A program made the translations under genes and the position numbers. From the NCBI GenBank assembly GCA_964016885.1, contig OZ024748.1, forward strand, positions 32,178,001-32,242,000: DNA of 64,000 nucleotides, written 5' to 3'. Positions 1 to 10,213 of this stretch are shown here, one piece after another; the first letter of the stretch is position 1; each line of letters begins with the position of its first letter. The DNA comes from Eledone cirrhosa (lineage: Eukaryota). The notes beneath the pieces are model-generated. The model made no database searches. It saw only the letters and a list, made by a program, of their open reading frames with translations, and was not told the origin of the DNA.

Positions 1-259
1 GGCTGAGATGGTCGCTTGGTAGCTAGCAGTTGCCTCCCCTTAACAACCCTTCAGGGAAGGGAGGCAAAAATACACCCGGACACAGCCACAGGTTCACACA
101 CTCTTTTTGGACCACGGACATGAACAGACGTGGAAAGACCCGCTCCTCAAAATATTGACGTTGTAGGAAATTTACTAAATTATTGCATTAAATAAAATGA
201 TTGTTAGACTTGATTGTGCATTTATTTATTCGACAAAGAGAAACATCACTTTTCTTTAT
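1..259 (+). repeat. 5' LTR (window starts about 6 bp into it)
   Basis: Identical by eye to 5183-5441. Followed directly by TGGCGACCC. AATAAA at ~191. Confidence 0.95.
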
Positions 260-277
260 TGGCGACCCTGACGATAA
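260..277 (+). promoter_or_regulatory. Primer binding site, probably tRNA-Trp-like (tRNA-Arg is an alternative)
   Basis: TGGCGACCCTGACG abuts the LTR. It differs by two transitions from the tRNA-Trp PBS TGGTGACCCCGACG typical of CsRn1-clade elements. Confidence 0.75.
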
Positions 278-792
278 AGAATGAAAACGCAGCCTATTGG
301 AGTCCGAAATTCTTTTTAACGGCAATGTGGAATGGCTTAACATTTGGAATGTCCGAATCACTTAGCGTAAGTCCATAAAATTCATTATATTCCATTTGTT
401 ATAGCACGCATACAGACAAACACAAAAATACAACACACAACAAAAAAAAAAAAAAAAAAAAAAAAAGGATTTCTCTGGAAATAGAATTTTGCTTCCAACA
501 TTCTGTGGAAATTACAAATGGAGATATTTCGTTTTCCCGCGTTCAGCCTGTCTTCTCCAATCCCAGCCATCTGATTGGCTGCATCGTGCCTCATGACGGC
601 TTCATCACGGACACATTTTTAAATCAGCCATCTTGGATTATCTTACCATCAATTTTCATGGAAAATGATTTTTTTTTATTATTAAAATTTTCTTTGGAAT
701 ATATTTTTTTAAAGAAAAAAATTACCAGCAATCAGCAGCAACACCTGGCTAACTATTGACCAACACCAAAAAGTCATCAAATACGTGGCACC

Positions 793-1568
793 ATGAGTCA
801 ACATCATTTGCCGTCCTTCGCAGGCGACATCAAGTTGTGGTTTGCGCAGCTGGAATGTTTCTTCGAATTGACGAGGACAAAGGAACAGCATAAGCTGAAG
901 GTCCTGATCAATGGCCTACCTGTTTCCTTGGCATTCTCGGCGAGGGACGTTGTGACGGATTTAGACGCCGGCGTTACCTACGGCTCATTAAAAAAAGAAA
1001 TCCTTCGCCGAAATACCAAGTCGGTAGAGAGCCGTTTTCGGGAGTTGTTGGACGATGCTCAAATGGGTGACAGGAAGCCGAGCTCCGATTTGCGACATTT
1101 GCGGGAGTTGAGCGACTCCCAGGGGATTGACACCCCCTTCATAAAGCAACTTTTTTTCTCACGCCTACCACCAAGTGCGCAAAGAATATTGGTCAATAGT
1201 TTAGAGAAGGATTCACTGGAGCAACTTGCCGCGTAGGATACTTGAGGTGGACTCGAACAGCAATCAGCATAACCCATATGTGGCTTCAGCTTGCGTCCCT
1301 CCACGCAGTTCTTGTGGCCGACGGCAAACTGTTGGAGTTGATTGAAGCTCTCACCAAAAAGGTAGAGGATTTGACGGTACATCACAGAGAGCCTTCTCAA
1401 TGTTTGAGGTATCGTTCGCCGCCGTCCTCTATTCATCGCCAGCACTACAACGCAGGCAACAATAATTCTTCGTTGTGTTGGTACCATGCTAACTTCGGCA
1501 GTAGGGCGCAACGTTGTCGCACGCCCTGTGATTATAAGAGATCGGGAAACGCCAAGCAGAGCCACTAG
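793..1568 (+). pseudogene. gag: Gag, disrupted by a stop and frame change at ~1234-1242
   Basis: ORF 793-1236 (LPSF..DIKLWFAQLECFF..., MGDRKPS..LRHLREL) continues in another frame as ORF 1242-1568, which carries CWYHANFGSRAQRCRTPC (CX2HX9CX3C). Confidence 0.88.
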
Positions 1569-1587
1569 GAGCGGCTAGTGAACTCTG
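1544..1587 (+). promoter_or_regulatory. gag-pol -1 ribosomal frameshift signal (G_GGA_AAC + hairpin)
   Basis: Heptamer 1544-1550 is in the gag frame. After a 6-nt spacer there is a stem CAGAG/CTCTG + CACTAG/CTAGTG (1557-1587). The -1 frame is open from here into pol. Confidence 0.8.
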
Positions 1588-4500
1588 GGAAAACCGACCG
1601 AACCGCCATCTTTTCGTATACGACCTGCGGTCAAAAAAATTTTTCCTTGTCGATACTGGCGCGTCGCTGAGTATTTGGCCAGTCAGTTATCTCAAAAAAA
1701 GCCCAGCCGAAGCAGATATAAATCTACGAGCAGTCAACCACACGGCCATTCGAACGTATGGGCAAATTTCGCTTCCTCTTCGGTTAAAAAATTTGCGGCG
1801 TGATTTGAGGTGGAAGTTTACTGTCGCCGACTTGCCATACGCCATTTTGGGAGCGGATTTTCTCCACCATTTTTCCTTGTTGGTGGACATTCGCAGACAA
1901 CGCCTTGTTGATGCTGAAACAGGCCTTTCTTTCGAGGGTTCAGAGCCGGACGTCGCCACCGTCAGCCCTTCCTTTTTCTTGGCTGAAGTGGGCAACCAGT
2001 ATCAAAGCCTGCTGCATTCATTCCTTCAGTTGACGCAGGGAAAGTTACGAATAACTAGCCCGGACCATGCGATTGAACACGTCATATCCACTACAGGTCC
2101 ACCTGTTTTCTCACGTCCTCGAAGATTGTCTACAGAGAAGTTGAAAGCTGCACGTCTTGAATTCGACCACATGCTGGAATTGGGAATAATTCGGCGCTCC
2201 ACAAGTCCTTGGGCATCGCCTCTGCATATGGTACCTAGATCTTCTGGGGATTGGAGACCGACGGGTGACTACCGACGCTTAAACGCGATTACTGTGCCTG
2301 ACCGTTATCCAATCCCGCATTTGCAGGATTTTGCGTCGTCATTGCAGGGTTGCAGAATCTTTTCTAAGCTTGATTTGATCCGCGCTTATAACCAAATTCC
2401 GGTTAACGAGGAGGATATCCCAAAGACTGCTATTGCCACTCCTTTCGGATCGTTCGAGTTCCTCACTATGCCTTTCGGCCTTAGAAACGCTGCAAGTACC
2501 TTCCAACGATTTATGGATGATATTACTCGGGGCCTGGATTTTGTGTACACGTATATCGACGACGTGTTGATTGCTAGTTCTTCCCCTCAGCAGCATTCAA
2601 AGCATCTGGATCTCGTATTTCGTCGTTTACAGATCTATAATGTTCGAATTAATGCTTCCAAGTGTGTTTTCGGCTCGACTTCACTAACATTTTTAGGCCA
2701 TCTGATTGACGCCGATGGTATTCGACCTCTTCCTGAGAAGGTTAAGGCAGTATCGGATTTGCCTCCGCCAAGTTCACTGCGTCAATTGCGTCAATTCCTG
2801 GGCCTTGTAAATTTTTATAGGCGATTCGTACCTGGTTGTTCCAAATTGCTGTTCTCGTTGACAGAGATTTTTAAGGGTTGCCCGCGTAAGAATATGGACA
2901 TTTCCTTAAATGAAACGCAGCTTGATGATTTTAAAAAAGTGAAAAAGGCGTTAGCGAACGCGTCTTTGCTCGCCCACCCAGTACCCAACGCCGAGCTATC
3001 GCTCTGCGTTGATGCTTCGGACAGCGCCGTGGGCGCAGTCTTACAGCAGAAGGGTGATGGGGTACAGCAACCACTCGAGTTCTTTTCGAGGAAGTTAAAG
3101 CCTGCAGAAACTCGCTATAGCATCTTTGGAAGGGAGCTATTAGCAATTTATTTATCAGTGAAACATTTTGCTCATGTACTTGAAGGTAGAACATTCACCA
3201 TTTTCACTGATCATAAACCCTTGACGTTTGCTCTTCGAACTAAGGCAGACAAATACTCGTCCAGAGAAACGAGACATCTGGACTTCATCTCACAGTTCAC
3301 GAACGACATTCAACATATTCCGGGTTTTTTGAATACAGCGGCCGATGCGCTGTCTCGCCTGCCGATCGCATCGATTTCGTCTTCCGAGGAGATAGATTTA
3401 CATCGAATGGCAGCTGCCCAACCCACTCTCGAATCGTTGGATGTTACATCGCCAGAGTTTGTACATTGCAAACTGAAATACATTCCGATCTCAACTGCTG
3501 ACGGACAGATACTGTGTGATGTTTCGTTGGACTCACCACGACCTCTAGTCCCAGTGGAACATCGACGAACTGCGTTTCTCGCTTTACATGGCATTTCTCA
3601 CCCAGGAGTATCAGCCTCAGTAAAACTCATAACAGCCAGATTTTTCTGGCCTGGTATGAGACGTGACATTGCTGCTTGGTGTCGTTCCTGTGTCGCTTGC
3701 CAACAAGCGAAAGTTCATAGACATGTTAAGGCTCCTCTCGGAACCTTCACCTGCCCCGATGCAAGATTTCGTCACATTCATGTAGACATCGTCGGCCCGT
3801 GGCCGGTTAGTCGTGGTTTTTCGTATCTTTTGACGATTGTTGACCGTTTTTCGCGTTGGCCTGAAGCCGTCCCTATAACAGATATCACCGCCGAAACCAC
3901 AGCCCGTACCCTCGTATCTTCGTGGATCGCTCGTTTCGGTGTACCAACCACCATAACAACAGATCGTGGTCGTCAATTCGAGTCTAACCTCTTCCGAGAG
4001 CTAACCCAAATCCTGGGGGCTACTCGAATATGAACCACGGCTTACGACCCAGCCTCAAACGGAATGGTGGAAAGATTCCACAGGCAGCTCAAAGCCTCCT
4101 TAAGGGCTTCCATGGACTCTTCACGTTGGAGCGAGTACCTACCCATTGTATTGTTGGGTATTCGGTCGACGGTAAAGGTGGACCTTGGGTTCTCCTCTGC
4201 CGAATTAGTTTATGGTACGCCTCTGGCGTTACCGGGGCAGATGCTGGCCCCTTTTGACCTGACTTCGCAGGACCCCGCTTCCTACGTGTCCCGGCTTCAC
4301 TCTTATTTCAAGGATCTACCACCGATGGGCACTAGGAAGCAGACTGTAAAAACTGCCGTCCCAAGGGATATTGCCTTGTGGACCCATGTGTTCGTTAGAG
4401 ACGACGCCGTGAGACCCCCTCTTCAACGGCCGTACTCTGGACCCTATCGTGTGCTTGCTCGCACAGACAAACATTTCACACTGGACATTCGGGGTTCCAG

Positions 4501-4699
4501 GGAAACGGTTTCCGTTGATCGTCTCAAACGAGCAAACCTGGACAATGACACAATGACACTTGAAACTCAAATGCCCCCCTCTTTTTCTTTGCCACACAGG
4601 CCTATTTCTTCCCCTCCCCCACCATCAACACACAGAACTACGACCCGTTCTGGGCGAAGGGTGCATTGGCCCCGTAAGCTATGCAGTAATATAAACTGA
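1544..4699 (+). pseudogene. pol: Pol polyprotein (protease, RT, RNase H, integrase) with one in-frame TGA at 4031-4033
   Basis: FLVDTGAS protease motif (~1642-1665). [10 protein letters not shown] and YIDD. RNase H VDASD, RELLA, TDHKPL. Integrase H-H-C-C, HVDIVG, TDRGRQF, then TRI*TTAYDPASNGMVERFHR continuing in the same frame, and a GPY module. Confidence 0.95.
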
Positions 4700-5176
4700 A
4701 TTGTATTTTTTTTTTTTTGTTTTGTTTGTTTTGTTTTGTTATTTTTTTCCTTCCAATTGTTTTTGTTGTACATTGCATTTTGTTACCTTTGGATTCTTGA
4801 CTGCCTACGGCAGTGTCAATATATTATATTTTGCGTAACATTACGACTGTTGTCAATTCTGACACAGTCCCTTTTTTTTTAGTGCATTTTTATAACTATG
4901 CTACATATGGCATTTTCATTGCCTAGCAAAACATTTTTTTTCTTGTTTATCGCATCCGGGGCCCCTTTATTGCGAAGAGTGTTATCTTTTCATGCATTTT
5001 GCATCTTTTACTGTACGTTTTTTTTTTGTTTTGTCTGCGTTAATGCTTGCAGACATGAACCTATTTATTATTTTTTTTTTTAATTTTGAATTTGTTGATA
5101 CATCCTTCTACATTTTGTAAACTACCTTCGCTTCATTGTTAACGATTTTGCGACAAAAAATCTGCTCCGAGGTGAA

Positions 5177-5441
5177 TGTAGTGGCTGAGATGGTCGCTTG
5201 GTAGCTAGCAGTTGCCTCCCCTTAACAACCCTTCAGGGAAGGGAGGCAAAAATACACCCGGACACAGCCACAGGTTCACACACTCTTTTTGGACCACGGA
5301 CATGAACAGACGTGGAAAGACCCGCTCCTCAAAATATTGACGTTGTAGGAAATTTACTAAATTATTGCATTAAATAAAATGATTGTTAGACTTGATTGTG
5401 CATTTATTTATTCGACAAAGAGAAACATCACTTTTCTTTAT
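5177..5441 (+). repeat. 3' LTR (~265 bp), starts TGTAGT
   Basis: Matches 1-259 from position 5183. Identity ends at CTTTAT (5441). Confidence 0.95.
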
Positions 5442-5674
5442 ATTCAATACTCTGTTGAGAAATACATTTTACATAAACAGTCTTTGTACCATTTATACGG
5501 TATTAATTACTTATATTTATATATATATATATATAGCGTATGATTAGAACTGTGTTTATTATTAATATTTTAATGGATTTAATGAAAAATTTTAGGTGTT
5601 CATATATATATTCTAAAAATGCGCGAAATCGTGAATCCGCGATAGTTGAACCGCCAAGTAGCGAGGTATCACTG
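5442..5674 (+). mobile_element. Terminal remnant of a pogo/Tigger-like DNA transposon, probable host of the Gypsy insertion
   Basis: Ends CGAGGTATCACTG followed by TA. The reverse complement CAGTGATACCTCG closely matches the terminus CAGTGATACCTTG at 14740. Confidence 0.55.
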
Positions 5675-5702
5675 TATATATGTTTAAATATATAGTGTAG
5701 CT

Positions 5703-6167
5703 GTGATGTATCTCGCGAGTGAATCGAGACCTGTCACTGATTTTGGTGTCCCCACTGCCGATGTGAATGAGCAACGCTGCACTTGTGAATTGGGTCTTGA
5801 TGTTGCAGGCAGTTCATATACTTACAATGATGCGGTCCCACAAGCTTGTTCACATTCCTGTGCTAATAATCTAGATGGGCGTATTAAATTGGATGTGAAA
5901 GCAGCTTACCGGATGCGGAATCGGGAGAAGTTGAGACAAAAACAGGCCGATTATAGAGCTGTGAATTTTGCTAAATTAACACAAAAACAGGCCAAGTATA
6001 GATGTTCAAAACGGTATGAGTTGGCAAACAAGCAGGCCAAGTATAGATCTGCAAATTCAGCTATTATATCTCAAAAGCAAGCCGAGCGTAGAGCTTCTAA
6101 ACGTACCGAGTTGGCTAAAGAGCAGACCAAGTACAGATCTGCAAATATCTTATTGCACAAACAATAA
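5703..6167 (+). other. ORF fragment with 15-aa (45-bp) basic helical repeats; probably transposon-derived, function unknown
   Basis: KQADYRAVNFAKLTQ / KQAKYRCSKRYELAN / KQAKYRSANSAIISQ / KQAERRASKRTELAK / EQTKYRSAN. Confidence 0.35.
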
Positions 6168-6374
6168 TTCTGCACAAATGTTGCTCCATTATTAGATCTA
6201 ATGTTGCAACGATACAGTTAAATGTTGTCTGTGTATTTTAAAAAAGATCTGCTTATAATCTTTTCAAATTTCATTACGCCAATGATTCAAGCTCAAATTG
6301 ACATTATCTAAAAAAATTGTACAAACAGCGGTGGATTAGCAGTAGTGAACAGATAAATCAGTCAATTTATTAAG

Positions 6375-7022
6375 ATTGACTTGGCATCAATCAGCAAGAC
6401 CTTCATTAGCTGCTCTCCAGCCATCTATTTAAAGCTGTATGCATCTATGGTACGAATACACTTGGAGTTCGCGTCATCAGTCTGGAACCCCTATCTTGCT
6501 CAGAACATTGACCTCCTGGAAACTGTTCAGAGACATGCAACCAAGCGCATACCCTCCATCAGACACCTACCATACCCTGAATATTTTGCTTCCCTCTGGC
6601 AATGGACTTGGTAAACACCCACAAAGTTATTAACCATCCGACCAACAACAACCCCGAACACCTTTTTGATCTCCATGTGTCTAACACGTGGACATGCCCA
6701 CAAAGTCAGAAAACAACACAGCTCCCATGACTTTAGGAAATATTTCTTCATGCTCAGAGTTGCTGAAGGATGGAACAAACTTCCTGCATCAGTTGTTAGC
6801 TGATGACACACTGCATCCTTTAAAACCATCATACATTCCGAAATACACCAAAACTACACCTGATGTCCCCCTTCCATACACATGCACATATGTGTATATC
6901 ATGACTCATGCACTGTTCTTTTTTCCTGACGTTTTTATATTACCCTATGTATTATATATGCACTTTTGATGAGTTGTAGTGCACCTCAGCATTGTACATT
7001 ATTATTATCATTATTATTATTA
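6375..7022 (+). mobile_element. 5'-truncated CR1/L2-group LINE 3' end (decayed ORF2 C-terminus and tail)
   Basis: LYASMVRIHLEFASSVWNPY..IDLLETVQRHATKRI, then TRGH..RKYFF..RV..WNKLPASVV. Ends in an (ATT)n tail at ~6998-7022. Confidence 0.85.
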
Positions 7023-7494
7023 CACTCATTGATCCATTTTGCACTAACTCTGCATCAAGCACCCTCACCTAAATATTAACCCATCAAGGATCCAATACAG
7101 CTATCTGTTGGATGAGTATTGTATAGTGCCAAAAACGAAACCAATCAGTTTAGCAGAAAGTTTCCAGACAAGAAACACGCATATTTTGCTATCCTCAAAC
7201 ACGTTTACACATGGCATGAAATATAACTAATCCGAGATGGCTAGGTTTCATCTTCTAACTGGATATACGAAATCCATTATGTCTTGACAACAACATGAGG
7301 TAACATTATGTTATTCACAGACACACTTTGTACACTGTTCCATATCAGAATGTATTTCCTTCGTCACATTCACAAACAGTATTGAAAATATGTTCTTCGG
7401 CAAATAAAAATGTTTTGTTCATAATATTTCAACTAGCGATTGCTCTACTCCACGCACGACCACCATAAATTAATGACCAGCTCAACACAAGTAT

Positions 7495-7660
7495 TGATAG
7501 AGTGTCAGACACCATGCTTTGCAGTATTGTTATGGTCCTTTGCATTCTAAGTTCAAATCCTGCCGAGGTTAACTTCGACTTTCATACTTACTAATTCGAT
7601 AAAATAAAGTACCAGTAATGGACTGCCGTAATGGATTTGTGCCGAAAAATAGAAACACTA
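7495..7660 (+). mobile_element. Degenerate tRNA-derived SINE resembling octopod SINE families
   Basis: B-box-like AGTTCAAATCC at ~7550, followed by GCCGAGGTTAACTT..CTTTCAT..TCGATAAAATAAAGTACCAGT. The family resemblance is from recall and has not been searched. Confidence 0.55.
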
Positions 7661-8213
7661 TTAATGTGCAATAAGAGCAAAATATAACGACATTGCTCAA
7701 TTATTTTATCTAATGTTGTAATAACACAAGGAAATGTTGTTTGTGTATTTTTTTTTATATTTGCTCATAGGCTTTTACAATTTCGCTCAGCCAACAACTA
7801 TTAAAAAGTGAGTTGCTTAAGATAACAATTTAATCACAAATTGTTGCTATCTTTTAATACACTCCAACAAGTCATCAAATTATGTACAATACAAACAAAT
7901 CTTATTAATTTGCTCAGGGAATATAAAGAAAATGTATATACACTGATAATTGCAATTGTATGTAAATATTTTGTTTTTGTATTGTTTATTTTATGTTTTC
8001 TATTATGTATAATATATTGATTTAATATTGATTGTTTTTTGTAGTTGTTTATATTAAAAGTCTGAAAATATTTTTATACATCTTACACTAATATTGATAA
8101 GATAATTTATAATAACAATTACATAATCTAATTACATTACAACGATAATTTATTATTAATATATATCCTGTTTAACTAGAGTTATTACAAGCGTTGCCTT
8201 AAAAAAATATTAA

Positions 8214-9169
8214 ACTAGACATGAAAAATGCGCAAGCTCAAAAGTGCCACAGAATGTTATAATAAACCTTCAAAAGTGTGGGACTAGAGTTGTTGCTAAA
8301 AAATATTGTAATCATTATATATCGTACATTCTGTGGCATCCTTTATAAAAATAGCTTAAACCAACGAAGCCTTTATTTTTACGCTATTTCACTTAGTTAA
8401 TTCTTAGAGTGTAACATATAAAAATAAATACATCTATGTTTAATGTAATAACAGCTATAAATAATTACGTAATATTATTATCATATACTCATAGTAACAA
8501 AATAATTGTGTTGAAAATTAATATGATGCTTATATGAACGATCAAATCTATAATGATAATTTCTTAAATATACTAATAGTAAAATAATTTAGTTATCTAT
8601 TGTTACATTTTCATAGAACTATAATATTAACAATCGTATTGCATTATCAAATTTTTATCACTACAAACTTTCATATTGGAATTACCTTAAGCCACTTATT
8701 ATTACTTCGCTTTCGTACTTTTACAGCTGTAGATATTGCGCTGTATCTTATATCTAATATCAATATCTCATGGTAATTTGCATGCAGTGTAAAATAGGTT
8801 TATTAATAACTTTAATATGAAATGTATTATACAGGGCTGCGGAGTCGGCCAAAAATTGACTGGCTCCAACTCAGGATCCGATACTCCATTATTTCCTAAA
8901 TTTCAGCTCCGCAGCTCTGTTATTATATTAATTAATTTATTTTATAGTTGTAAATCATATTTTTATATGTTACACTCTAAGAATTAACTAAGTGAAATAG
9001 CGTAAAAATAAAGGCGTCGTTGGTTTAAGCTATTTTTATAAAGGATGCCACAGAATGTACGATATATAATGATTACAATATTTTTTAGCAACAACTCTAG
9101 TCCCACACTTTTGAAGGTTTATTATAACATTCTGTGGCACTTTTGAGCTTGCGCATTTTTCATGTCTAG

Positions 9170-9170
<1 letters not shown>
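8214..9170. mobile_element. Non-autonomous foldback element with ~213-bp terminal inverted repeats
   Basis: 8214-8426 (ACTAGACATGAAAAATGCGCAAGCTC...) is nearly the exact reverse complement of 8958-9170. The interior is AT-rich and non-coding. Confidence 0.85.
8832..8919. mobile_element. 88-bp hAT-like MITE nested in the foldback element
   Basis: TIRs CAGGGCTGCGGAG / CTCCGCAGCTCTG. 8-bp flanks GTATTATA / TTATTATA match at 7/8. Confidence 0.7.
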
Positions 9171-9678
<508 letters not shown>

Positions 9679-9703
9679 CATCACCTGGTTCATCAACTAC
9701 GAA

Positions 9704-10213
9704 ATGGACTTCAAAAATGAACAACATACAGGTAACCCATTTTTAAAACAAACTAAATCTCACACACCACATGCACAACAAATAACAAAAAAAGTAACAA
9801 AACGTCCAACATACCCCCAGCAAAACTATAACGATAATCCCAGAAACCATAGACAAAACTATAACCCTACTAAAAAAAACCATAGATCCCCGAACACAAG
9901 GCAGGACCTGATCCGCAGATCACAACCCACACAAAACCTATTTCAAAACCGTAGACCCCTGCCCACACAGAGCCTGTTCCAAAACCGTAGATCCCAACCC
10001 ACACAAAGGAACCGAATCTACAACCCGGACTATCAACAAACCGAACCTCAATACATCCGAAACTCCTATACAAGACCACACAACAACAGAGGAAATACCA
10101 TTAGATATAATAATACCAATGAAAAAACATTCCAGAAAAATCATTTTTTAGACCAAGGCTACAGGACTCACGACACCCGGTGGCACAAACCGATTTTGAA
10201 AAACCGAAAATAA
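9704..10213 (+). CDS. Penelope N-terminal basic Q/N/R-rich ORF (possibly 5'-truncated)
   Basis: 169-aa ORF whose frame is open back to the microsatellite. Contains 12-aa repeats (RRSQPTQNLFQN). Overlaps the RT ORF. Confidence 0.6.
   Translation: MDFKNEQHTGNPFLKQTKSHTPHAQQITKKVTKRPTYPQQNYNDNPRNHRQNYNPTKKNHRSPNTRQDLIRRSQPTQNLFQNRRPLPTQSLFQNRRSQPTQRNRIYNPDYQQTEPQYIRNSYTRPHNNRGNTIRYNNTNEKTFQKNHFLDQGYRTHDTRWHKPILKNRK

Larger units (their letters stand above)
1..5441 (+). mobile_element. Ty3/Gypsy LTR retrotransposon, CsRn1/Kabuki-like clade; near full length, coding-defective
   Basis: Direct repeats at 1-259 and 5183-5441. PBS immediately after the 5' LTR. gag with a CX2HX9CX3C box. pol in PR-RT-RH-IN order. 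Confidence 0.96.

Noticed and set aside
1059-4773. Short antisense and alternate-frame ORFs over gag/pol
   Set aside because: Shadow ORFs with no recognisable motifs.
4700-5176. Possible env or third ORF in the Gypsy element
   Set aside because: Only T-rich low-complexity 3' UTR with a 61-aa spurious ORF.
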